A stretch of 16,551 bases of DNA from a virus. Where the stretch lies: UHGV virus genome UHGV-0128496; one strand, 5' to 3'. Both the position numbers and the translations under genes were made by a program. The notes beneath the pieces are model-generated. The model saw only the letters and a list, made by a program, of their open reading frames with translations, ran no database searches and had not been told where the DNA came from. Position 1 is the first letter of the stretch; every line of letters begins with the position of its first letter. Shown piece by piece: positions 1-7,153 of this stretch.

Positions 1-4
1 TAAA

Positions 5-25
5 GCGTGGTGTTGCCCTCCACGC
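5..25 (-). terminator. Possible weak terminator hairpin downstream of int (GCGTGG-N9-CCACGC)
   Basis: Inverted repeat gcgtgg (5-10) / ccacgc (20-25), 24 nt past the int stop; on the minus-strand RNA the hairpin is followed only by UUUA, so any U-tract is short. Confidence 0.25.
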
Positions 26-49
26 AGTTAACATGTCGGGTATGTTGGG

Positions 50-1363
50 TTAACTGACTGATTTTAATAGTCCTATGCTGTTTGTTTGTGGCCTATGGGG
101 CATCAATGGGGCAAAGTCGCCCAGCTTCTGATTCAGCATTGCGATCTGCTCTGCGTTATTGTCTGCCATCCATGCGCCGTACACATTGAAAACCATCTGC
201 GCGCTAGCGTGCCCCATCTGACTGGCTATAAAGCTTGGATTGGCGCCGGCGGCGAGTGACCAGCACGCGTAAGTGTGGCGCGACTGGTAAGCTTTTCGAT
301 GCCTGATCCCCGCCTTTTTTAGCCCTGCGTCCCATGAGTCACCAAACGAATCCACCTTGTAGATAATCCCCACATCCTTACTTCGACGGACTATCTTAGG
401 GTTAAAGACAAATGTACACCGGTGCTTCGCCGTTCTACCATACTCACGCAATTGCACGTTGATGTGATGCTGTTGCCCGAGTCTGGTCATTTCCATCTGA
501 TTCCTTAAAACATCGATGGCTGGCTGAATGAGGTGTATCACTCTATCCGTACTGGCGTCAGTTTTCGGTAGTGTGAACTCGCCCAGCTTTGTATAATTGC
601 GGCGAATTGTTATTGTACCTGCCTCAAGGTCGATATCTTCCCATGCCAGGGAAACCAGCTCCCCGTGACGAACACCTGTGTACACCGCCAGTGACCACAT
701 GTTTTTCGTCTGCTGATGCCGGCATGCATCTATCAGACGGATGAACTCATCACGACTGAGCGGGTCTGGCTCTACCCTGGCTCTTTTTAATGGCTTTATT
801 CCATCAAAGGGATTTGCCTTTATGTACCCATTATCGGCGGCGAACTGGAACATTCCGGCGATAGTCGTCATGTAGTAATTGACGGTGACCGCGCTCCGGC
901 CCTTAACGGGGATCCTGCCCTTTACAGCGCACTGATAACCCATCAAAAGCTCTTTCCTGATATACAGCAACTCTTCTTTCTCAATCGCTGTCACCAGTCG
1001 GCTAGACCCGATCAGCGGTACAACAACAGCAACGACCGACTCGTACCGTTTGTGCGCGTTCGAGCTGATTTCCATCTTTTTCAGATCCAGCCACTTCTCT
1101 TCGAGTTCTTTCACTGTGATTTCTTTCTTTCCCAACCCAAAAATTTTAAGGTTAGGTGAATCTGGAAACCGTTCAGCATAATCAAAGCTTCCCGTGCGGA
1201 TGGCAAAGCATACCGACACCCGCAGTTCCCCGGCTATCTTTCTGTTCTTAGCGGTGTCAGGGACACCGAGGCTTTCCCTGACACGCTTACCTTTAAAATT
1301 AAACCAGATGCGTAAAGTGCCACCGTGGTTTTCGACGCCTGTTGGATATGTGACTTTATCCAT
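50..1363 (-). CDS. int: Phage tyrosine integrase (lambda-Int-like site-specific recombinase)
   Basis: 437-aa ORF with N-terminal arm-type DNA-binding region and C-terminal catalytic-core signature (R in TGVRHGEL, H-x-x-R in HRKAYQSRHTYACW, GHASAQMVFNVYGAW with tyrosine). GGAGG RBS 5 nt upstream of the ATG at 1363. Terminal position and adjacency to xis are typical of a prophage end. Confidence 0.9.
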   Translation of the reverse strand: MDKVTYPTGVENHGGTLRIWFNFKGKRVRESLGVPDTAKNRKIAGELRVSVCFAIRTGSFDYAERFPDSPNLKIFGLGKKEITVKELEEKWLDLKKMEISSNAHKRYESVVAVVVPLIGSSRLVTAIEKEELLYIRKELLMGYQCAVKGRIPVKGRSAVTVNYYMTTIAGMFQFAADNGYIKANPFDGIKPLKRARVEPDPLSRDEFIRLIDACRHQQTKNMWSLAVYTGVRHGELVSLAWEDIDLEAGTITIRRNYTKLGEFTLPKTDASTDRVIHLIQPAIDVLRNQMEMTRLGQQHHINVQLREYGRTAKHRCTFVFNPKIVRRSKDVGIIYKVDSFGDSWDAGLKKAGIRHRKAYQSRHTYACWSLAAGANPSFIASQMGHASAQMVFNVYGAWMADNNAEQIAMLNQKLGDFAPLMPHRPQTNSIGLLKSVS

Positions 1364-1418
1364 TGATACCTCCAGACGCCCAAGAGCGATATGAGCTTAC
1401 CTTTTTCATGGCATCAAA

Positions 1419-1655
1419 TCACCCTGGCTGTTTGTTTTTCATTGAAGCCACCCAGGCATCGACCGCTTTACGGTTATACATGCATTCACTTGATGGCTTC
1501 GGGTTACCATCTGGTGAAACGTGGATATATTCCCGGCCAACCATCCAGCACTCTTTTCTGGCCCGGAGGATGGTACCGGGCTTGAGCCCGGTAACCGCGA
1601 TCAGAACGCTTTCACAAACCCAATCGTTGGGAGCTAACTGGAAAATATTGCTCAT
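1419..1655 (-). CDS. xis: Excisionase-like protein (Xis, DUF1233-type)
   Basis: 78-aa ORF immediately upstream of int on the same strand. The sequence MSNIFQLAPNDWVCESVLIAVTGLKPGT matches what I recall of enterobacterial prophage excisionase-like proteins. GGAGAAA RBS 6 nt before the ATG at 1655. Confidence 0.7.
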   Translation of the reverse strand: MSNIFQLAPNDWVCESVLIAVTGLKPGTILRARKECWMVGREYIHVSPDGNPKPSSECMYNRKAVDAWVASMKNKQPG

Positions 1656-1695
1656 AGTTATTTCTCCATTATCCCGGCTGCACCCGGGGAAAATT

Positions 1696-2274
1696 TTAGT
1701 TGTTGCTGGTGGTTGGGATTAGTTTCTGCCAAATCGCTGAAACATATTTCGCCTGGTGGCGGGCATCAGCCAGTGCGTTATGTGCAACCCCATCAAATGG
1801 CATATCACGCTTAGGATCGAAACCTACAACTCTGCCTAATGTGACGATGGTTCTGACGTCGTGATCATTCCAAAATTGCCACGGGCAAACCTGGCCGGCA
1901 CGCTCATATGCGCCGCGCAATATAACGTTGTCGAAAGTAGCTCCATTGCCCCAAACTTTTAAATATTTAGGGTTATCAGAATGCCGATTAATGAAATGGC
2001 TCAGTTCAGATAGGGCAGATGATATCGGCATCGCATCATCAACACAGATTGCTGATCGTGCTTCTGAGCTTTGTCTTAACCACCACAGAATAGTGTCACC
2101 GTCCGGCACCGCTCCCTGCTCCATAGCGCTTTCAAGGTTAACGGCGCTGTAAAACTCCTGACCCAGTTCACCGCTTTGCGGATCGAAGAACACGGCACCT
2201 ATGGAGACGATAGGGGCATTTGGTTTTTTGCCCATGGATTCGAGGTCGATCATTAAATTGTTCACGTTATACAT
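1696..2274 (-). CDS. DEDDh-family 3'-5' exonuclease (DnaQ-like)
   Basis: Exo motifs visible: LMIDLESMG (D-x-E), WGNGATFDNVIL, GVAHNALADARHQAKY (H-x4-D). I place the start at the internal ATG at 2274 (MYNVNN...), preceded directly by AGGAGA; the longer track ORF (to 2466) would overlap the upstream gene by 200 nt. Confidence 0.75.
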   Translation of the reverse strand: MYNVNNLMIDLESMGKKPNAPIVSIGAVFFDPQSGELGQEFYSAVNLESAMEQGAVPDGDTILWWLRQSSEARSAICVDDAMPISSALSELSHFINRHSDNPKYLKVWGNGATFDNVILRGAYERAGQVCPWQFWNDHDVRTIVTLGRVVGFDPKRDMPFDGVAHNALADARHQAKYVSAIWQKLIPTTSNN

Positions 2275-3049
2275 TCTCCTGCTGCGGTGCTGCTGCCTGC
2301 TCAGCTGCCATAGCTGCATCGATTTGCTCACGTAATTTGGTCGCGTGATAATCGTCATCTTCATCCGTGATGGTCTGCGACCAGAAAATGCTATGGCTTC
2401 CGTAAACCATAGGCTCACGAACATCAACGGTTTTAGATACCAGCCAGTCCATGCGGAGTACGTCATCCGGAGTTACCGGAGAGTTGCCAGCCTGGAGAAT
2501 AGATTTCAGCGCTGCCCTTGGCATTGCCGACCAGGCAAGGAATACGTCTGGCCTGTCGACATCTTCTGTCGGGAGAGTGTTTTCTATTTCGTCCAGCGCA
2601 TCACTTAGCTTCTGAAATGCGTCGTCTGGAACAACGTGGCACTCTTCGCCATCAACATCTTGCTGACAGCTATCATCTGCGAGTTCGAATGCGGCCCAGC
2701 AAACATTGAGCAGCATTTCAATAACGCGACGGTGTTCTGCTGTTACGCAATTCTCCGGCACTACCTGCGCTGGCGTGGCAGTGTAGAGCGGAATTACCGC
2801 ATCTCCCATTGGCTGAGACAGGCACTTAAGGTGAAGATCACCCATCTTTGCATAAGCCAGAGTTTCCTCAGCGGCATAAAGCACAGGCTCAGCATTCAGG
2901 ACTTCATCAATCACCTTCACAGCATCAGCCATTGCGTAGCCGAGATTACCGCCGTCGCTTTGTGCTGCTGCGTTGCTGAGTATTTCGCTTATCTGGTGCA
3001 GGCGATCGAGTGATACAGGACCGTGCGCCGGGTGGTTGTTAGTTGTCAT
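2267..3049 (-). CDS. Hypothetical acidic phage protein (260 aa), function unknown
   Basis: Long ORF in the coupled early-left operon; AGGGAGGA RBS 7 nt upstream of the ATG at 3049. Asp/Glu-rich with cysteine clusters; no motif I can assign. Confidence 0.6.
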   Translation of the reverse strand: MTTNNHPAHGPVSLDRLHQISEILSNAAAQSDGGNLGYAMADAVKVIDEVLNAEPVLYAAEETLAYAKMGDLHLKCLSQPMGDAVIPLYTATPAQVVPENCVTAEHRRVIEMLLNVCWAAFELADDSCQQDVDGEECHVVPDDAFQKLSDALDEIENTLPTEDVDRPDVFLAWSAMPRAALKSILQAGNSPVTPDDVLRMDWLVSKTVDVREPMVYGSHSIFWSQTITDEDDDYHATKLREQIDAAMAAEQAAAPQQENV

Positions 3050-3052
3050 GGG

Positions 3053-3271
3053 TTAGTCCTCCCTGTACGGATTTAATTTGTTGTGCAGTTTGTTAAATGG
3101 CCCCCATACGATGGAGCTATACCACTCAGCTATCTTTTCTGCCTGTTCTCCTGCTAACCAGATGAGGACTATCGGTGATATTGGAATCATTAAAATAAGA
3201 AAGAGAAGGAAAAATAGAGCCTCTTTAACACGGCTTTGGCGCGGATAATTCTTCAGGAATATTTTGGTCAC
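3053..3271 (-). CDS. Small hydrophobic (membrane) protein, 72 aa
   Basis: GTG start overlapping the stop of the upstream HNH gene (GTGA). Strongly hydrophobic central segment ALFFLLFLILMIPISPIVLIWLA suggests one transmembrane helix. Confidence 0.45.
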   Translation of the reverse strand: MTKIFLKNYPRQSRVKEALFFLLFLILMIPISPIVLIWLAGEQAEKIAEWYSSIVWGPFNKLHNKLNPYRED

Positions 3272-3645
3272 AAGTTATCCCCCTCTTGATACCGCTCGAA
3301 CCAGAACACAACTGGTGCGTTAGTCTGTTTAACCAGGCCAAATGATTCCGCTGTGCGGTAACTTCTTGACGCACGGCGAGTTACATCAACCTGAGTGGCT
3401 ATGCGGCTGCGAAAGTCTTCTACTGTGCTGCACATTTTGAACAAGTTGCATGGAATGCATGCTGGAACCATGTTGCTGACCGTGTCATTTTCTGGCCTGT
3501 CCATTGCGTAGCCGTTGCTGATATTTCTTCGTACCGCTTCTACATGGTCTGCATGCCACTTATCGCCAAGTTCACAGCCGCAATAAGCACAGCGACCGCC
3601 AAACTTCATGCGCAGTTCTGCACGCTGTTTTTTCGTCAGTGCCAT
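3268..3645 (-). CDS. HNH endonuclease
   Basis: CAYCGC ... WHADHVEAV ... N ... VPACIPCN: HNH core (His-Asp-His, Asn) flanked by two CxxC zinc ligand pairs. Start lies 1 nt from the upstream gene's stop. Confidence 0.75.
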   Translation of the reverse strand: MALTKKQRAELRMKFGGRCAYCGCELGDKWHADHVEAVRRNISNGYAMDRPENDTVSNMVPACIPCNLFKMCSTVEDFRSRIATQVDVTRRASRSYRTAESFGLVKQTNAPVVFWFERYQEGDNL

Positions 3646-3646
3646 C

Positions 3647-4204
3647 TCATTCCCCCTTCACGCCAATGCCAGCGGCGGCACGTTCGGCTTCACTTTGTTC
3701 CCAAAACCACTTGTGAAGCGCCATAAGCTCTTCGTCAATCGGTGCATATTTGCGGTCAAAGTAGGCCTGAGCATCTTTCTCAGATTCGTCAGGCAATTCA
3801 CCAGGCCCAAACAGCGTGTTATAAATCCATGACAGCCCGTTCTTAGCGTCACCAGTTGCCTGCCATTCGATAATCGCAGCTTGCATGACCAGAATGTTCT
3901 TCCCGATTAACAGGTCCAGTTCTTTGTGTCGGTTGCAGATATATGCATTCTCTCTCTGTAATTCAGCATTGCGCTTCTCTGCGGCTTCCAGCTCATCCAG
4001 CAGCGCCAGTACGGTGGGCGGGTTGGCGGCGGCGATGAATGCCGAATCAACTTTAAGGCAGTGTTGAGCTACCGCCTTTGCACCAACTTTTACTTCATAT
4101 CCTCTCGCGCCTTTGTGTGGCTTATACGACTCCCATTTACCCCATGAAGCTATGTTTGCGGCATTGTCCGCTTCACGCAACGCCTGTTTGTTGAGTGCTT
4201 TCAT
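3647..4204 (-). CDS. Ead/Ea22-like early-region protein (hypothetical)
   Basis: 185-aa ORF with N-terminal MKALNKQALREADNAA and a coiled-coil-like middle, resembling what I recall of Ead/Ea22-like prophage proteins. Its ATG overlaps the upstream stop (ATGA). Confidence 0.5.
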   Translation of the reverse strand: MKALNKQALREADNAANIASWGKWESYKPHKGARGYEVKVGAKAVAQHCLKVDSAFIAAANPPTVLALLDELEAAEKRNAELQRENAYICNRHKELDLLIGKNILVMQAAIIEWQATGDAKNGLSWIYNTLFGPGELPDESEKDAQAYFDRKYAPIDEELMALHKWFWEQSEAERAAAGIGVKGE

Positions 4205-4455
4205 TGGGCTGCTCCCTGTCTGGCGCTATTCAATAGCTGGTTAAACATCATGGTTAGGCTGTTACTGCACCCAAACGGCATATCGTTAACACGGTATGTT
4301 GGAATGCCCTTGCGAACACCAGACTTCACGATCCGGCCTGTGCCATAGAGTTGCGATAATGCTCCGGCGACCGCTGGCGTCGTTTTGTTCATGCCTTTGG
4401 CGATTTCACCGCTGGTGGTATTTGGATGAGCCTGGAGATATTCAAATACGGTCAT
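4201..4455 (-). CDS. Small DNA-binding (winged-helix-like) protein, 84 aa
   Basis: ORF coupled on both sides by ATGA overlaps. The segment TTSGEIAKGMNKTTPAVAGALSQLYGTGRIVK looks like an HTH recognition unit. Confidence 0.5.
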   Translation of the reverse strand: MTVFEYLQAHPNTTSGEIAKGMNKTTPAVAGALSQLYGTGRIVKSGVRKGIPTYRVNDMPFGCSNSLTMMFNQLLNSARQGAAQ

Positions 4456-4619
4456 GGCGTTTTACCTTTACGTTCCTGTTCCAGTTGCACCAGAGACTCT
4501 TTTAATGCTGCGAACGTAGCTTCTAGTCTGGTGGCGACTTCGCGCATAAGCGGTGCATGCTTTGGTGGCAATTCAGCAACGGAGGCAAACGCCTCCGCTA
4601 CGAGTTCTTTTACCTTCAT
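4452..4619 (-). CDS. Unannotated small ORF (55 aa) coupled between the HD and wHTH genes
   Basis: Hand translation gives MKVKELVAEAFASVAELPPKHAPLMREVATRLEATFAALKESLVQLEQERKGKTP. It is below the 60-aa cutoff of the ORF track. Its ATG overlaps the HD gene stop (ATGA) and its TGA overlaps the ATG of the next gene. Confidence 0.4.
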   Translation of the reverse strand: MKVKELVAEAFASVAELPPKHAPLMREVATRLEATFAALKESLVQLEQERKGKTP

Positions 4620-5155
4620 GCGGCGCATTGGCGCTGCTCCATCAATTCGTTAAAGCGATTGATGAACATGCCGTATGACTGGCCAGGACGAACTGGATTG
4701 ATAATGAATAAATCCGTTGGGACAACTCCCTCGAGGCATGGCCACACGGAACCTTCGTCAACCTCAAAATCGCGGCGTTCGCTGGCGAGCATCACCAGAT
4801 CGGCATATTTCACAGTTGGGTGTTGTTCCGTCGGTAGGCCGAACTTCTGCCGAATGGCTGCATCCACGCGAGCTTCGATCACCTGGTAATCCGGAAGCAG
4901 GTGCTTAAGCGGGGATGGGATGTCCTGCAGGTAGGCTTCAGCAGCATCATGAAGCAGTGCTTCTAATGCAAACTCCTGCGGAACGAGGTGGCTGGTTAAA
5001 ACGCTATGCTGGCCGACGCTATAAAACTCAGGAAGATGCCCTGCAAAACGGCAGATATGAGACAACGCGGTAGCAATATCCTCGATCACGATATCGTCCT
5101 GTTGGATATCGAGGTAATTAAAATGTTTGCCGGATAATGTCTGAATGTAGCTCAT
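4616..5155 (-). CDS. HD-domain phosphohydrolase (YfbR-like 5'-deoxynucleotidase family)
   Basis: H...HD metal-binding signature (QHSVLTSHL ... LLHDAAEAY). I place the start at the ATG at 5155 (MSYIQTL...), preceded by GGAGAAAA; the track ORF begins at a GTG at 5182 with no SD. Confidence 0.7.
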   Translation of the reverse strand: MSYIQTLSGKHFNYLDIQQDDIVIEDIATALSHICRFAGHLPEFYSVGQHSVLTSHLVPQEFALEALLHDAAEAYLQDIPSPLKHLLPDYQVIEARVDAAIRQKFGLPTEQHPTVKYADLVMLASERRDFEVDEGSVWPCLEGVVPTDLFIINPVRPGQSYGMFINRFNELMEQRQCAA

Positions 5156-5262
5156 GGTTTTCTCCATATTGGCGCGCTGCACCGCGCTATTAAATTAATG
5201 AATTGCTAAATTTAGCGTGCAGCAACCCAACCCATGACATGGGTTAATTACGGTCTGGGGTA

Positions 5263-6180
5263 TTAGGCTGCGGGTTTTTGTGGCTGTTCTTCTTTGTACG
5301 AAAGAAGATCACACATCAGGTTTACTACTTTGCTGAATTGGATTAGATCCGTCCCGGCCTGATGGCGCCATTGAAATGCTTTATCATCTTCATCGTTGAA
5401 TGTTTGGGCTTGGGTATTGATGCGCGAAAAATGGAAATTTTCGGTGAGGATGAACGATACACCGCATCCTGCTAGCTCCATTTTATCAGCGGTAAAGCCG
5501 CTATTAAGGCTATCAACTAGCTCGCTTTGAATTGAGTCGTGTTCAGCTGAGTAGCGAATAACTTCATTTTGATCGGCAAGGCGGGACAGCTGGATATAAT
5601 TGCCGACGGTAAACCCTTCAAAAGCATTGGCCACGCCATTGATATAGTTTTTCAACCGCGTAGTTAAACCGTTCTTAATATCGCTAATGTTGATTGTTTC
5701 TGTTTTAACGGAACCGACAACTTTCACCAGCATAGCCACAGCCATACCGGCAATATTTTTATTGGTCGTATTGACCACTAATAGCTTTTCGTTGGTGCTG
5801 TACAACGCAAGGATCAGCGTTGATTTAACAAATGCCCGTTTACACAGGTCAACGCGGACGCTGTCGATAATTGCTAATCGTTCGATACGTTTGATTTTAC
5901 TCCCGGACATATCTTCGATTCTTTGGATCCGTGCTGCGGCTTCCTTCAAAACAACATGCTGGGGAATGATTTTCTGATCATGGCGGATCACGATGGCATA
6001 CCCACCTGATATTGGGGTGACCAATTCGCCAGTGATCGGGTTTGGCACAAAAGAGGCGCGTGAAAACTCAGTTTCACCAATCTCGGAGTAGGGGAGTTCA
6101 AGCAGATGCCCCTCGATAGCTTCAATGCTAGGTAGTGTGGCGCGGTACACGATTGCGTTACGGAACTTAGGTAATTTCAT
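5263..6180 (-). CDS. rdgC: RdgC-like recombination-associated protein
   Basis: 305-aa ORF whose length and sequence pattern (N-terminal FRNAIVYR, central hydrophobic core, C-terminal acidic tail) match my memory of E. coli RdgC (about 303 aa). AGAGGAAAG RBS 5 nt upstream of the ATG at 6180. Confidence 0.65.
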   Translation of the reverse strand: MKLPKFRNAIVYRATLPSIEAIEGHLLELPYSEIGETEFSRASFVPNPITGELVTPISGGYAIVIRHDQKIIPQHVVLKEAAARIQRIEDMSGSKIKRIERLAIIDSVRVDLCKRAFVKSTLILALYSTNEKLLVVNTTNKNIAGMAVAMLVKVVGSVKTETINISDIKNGLTTRLKNYINGVANAFEGFTVGNYIQLSRLADQNEVIRYSAEHDSIQSELVDSLNSGFTADKMELAGCGVSFILTENFHFSRINTQAQTFNDEDDKAFQWRHQAGTDLIQFSKVVNLMCDLLSYKEEQPQKPAA

Positions 6181-6513
6181 TTAACTTTCCTCTGCACAAG
6201 GTTTTAGTCCATACACGAAGTTAAGGCGGCTGCCACCGCCGAACTTTCTCCATACACAACAGAGAAGGGCACCTGCATTAGTCGGCGGCTTGAGAGACCG
6301 CTTTCTTTTTGCCCGGGTGGATTGGGTTATGAGCCCGTCGCCCGGTGATGCCCTTTTCTGTTGTGCCCTGAAAAAGGCTGGCGGTTACCGGAAATACACG
6401 GGAAAACACCGGGCCGCCAGAACAGGGAGTTACTTGTTATTGCTTTAGCCTGCTTTTAACCACATCAGGCGCGGTGGTATCTTGGTGTTCTCACACAACC
6501 AAGAGGGATGTTT

Positions 6514-6711
6514 ATGGGCGCTTTTGATAACCAGGAAATTACGTTACCCGCATGCCCTAAGTGCGGCACTAAGACGAAGAAGAAAATCGCTTGGCTCAAG
6601 TCGAACAAAAGTTTCACTTGTCGATGTGGAGCTACTATCAATGTCAACAGCAGCCAGCTTACTTCCGAAATCAGGAAGGTTGAGGACAAGCTGAAGAAGC
6701 TCTTTAAATAG
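6514..6711 (+). CDS. Small Cys4 zinc-ribbon protein (about 65 aa), lysine-rich
   Basis: CPKCG-x15-CRCG zinc-ribbon signature. AGAGGGA RBS about 6 nt before the ATG at 6514; an intrinsic terminator follows the stop. It lies antisense to the 3' half of the minus-strand ORF 6544..6910. Confidence 0.45.
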   Translation: MGAFDNQEITLPACPKCGTKTKKKIAWLKSNKSFTCRCGATINVNSSQLTSEIRKVEDKLKKLFK

Positions 6712-6910
6712 TTTTTTATCGACTGATATTATTTCGTTATCAGAGGTTGGTTTTTCAGCCTCTGATTTTTTAGTCAGGATCATTTTTTCTACACATGTGA
6801 CTACGCATTCCGAACAGATGGCAGGTTCGTCCTTACCACCTTTTGCGACGATCTTTATCGCTCCCAGTTCGGTTGCTCCGCAAAATGAGCATGTGAATAA
6901 ATGATTCATG
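6544..6910 (-). CDS. ClpX-type C4 zinc-finger domain protein (N-position early gene)
   Basis: N-terminus MNHLFTCSFCGATELGAIKIVAKGGKDEPAICSECVVTCVEKMI aligns by eye with the ClpX N-terminal zinc-binding domain (CSFCG ... IC-x-EC-V-x-x-C). ATG at 6910 with GGTAGAGG RBS. It is the first ORF downstream of the PL-like promoter. The C-terminal about 55 codons are antisense to the plus-strand zinc-ribbon ORF. Confidence 0.45.
6739..6772 (+). terminator. Rho-independent terminator after the zinc-ribbon ORF
   Basis: Stem atcagagg (6739-6746) / cctctgat (6759-6766) with a 12-nt loop, followed by TTTTT(T). It is not a terminator in the minus orientation because no U-tract follows there. Confidence 0.5.
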
Positions 6911-7018
6911 TAAACCTCTACCCCCAACCTAAGTTTTCTGTCAGCGAATCATCCGGTTATTCATATGCCACCGGCGGCTACTTCGTGGGCGTCCTGCCTG
7001 TTCGCTTTCGATGCAATG

Positions 7019-7048
7019 ACTATAGCTACTTTAAGTAGATAATTGCAA
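7019..7048 (-). promoter_or_regulatory. PL-like leftward early promoter with embedded operator
   Basis: On the minus strand: -35 TTGCAA (7043-7048), 18-bp spacer, -10 TATAGT (complement of 7019-7024). The spacer contains the inverted repeat CTACT-TTA-AGTAG (7026-7038), the same motif found in the cI-cro intergenic region. Degenerate AGTAG half-sites lie at 7057-7061 and 7076-7080. Confidence 0.4.
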
Positions 7049-7110
7049 CAACAAAAAGTAGAAAATGAAATTTTTAGTAGTGTAGTGTTATGAGGTGAGG
7101 AATTGGAGGC

Positions 7111-7140
7111 GTAAAAAAAACCGGCTTTCGCCGGTTTCTT
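7111..7140 (-). terminator. Rho-independent terminator ending the cI transcript
   Basis: Stem CCGGC (7121-7125) / GCCGG (7130-7134) with TTTC loop, flanked by A8 on the plus strand. On the minus strand this reads hairpin plus U8, 14 nt past the cI stop. It is much weaker in the plus orientation (TTTCTT). Confidence 0.6.
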
Positions 7141-7153
7141 GATGAATTAATTA

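Noticed and set aside
1-49. Possible tRNA 3' end or attachment-site core next to the integrase
   Set aside because: Only 49 nt lie beyond the int stop; I see no tRNA acceptor/T-arm signature or a direct repeat matching the other end of the window, so no att site can be called.
1363-1722. Plus-strand ORFs (119 aa and 64 aa) overlapping the xis region and the int start
   Set aside because: They are antisense to well-supported minus-strand genes with RBSs, have no SD of their own and no recognisable motifs; most likely shadow ORFs.
2274-2466. N-terminal extension of the exonuclease ORF (track start at 2466)
   Set aside because: It would overlap the upstream gene by about 200 nt. An internal ATG at 2274 with an AGGAGA RBS fits operon coupling and begins just before the first Exo motif.
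6329-6454. 41-codon plus-strand ORF (MSPSPGDALFCCALKKAGGYRKYTGKHRAARTGSYLLLL) in the structured non-coding region
   Set aside because: No convincing RBS, and its sequence coincides with the inverted-repeat structure, so the region is more likely RNA or regulatory. Reported only as part of the structured-region finding.
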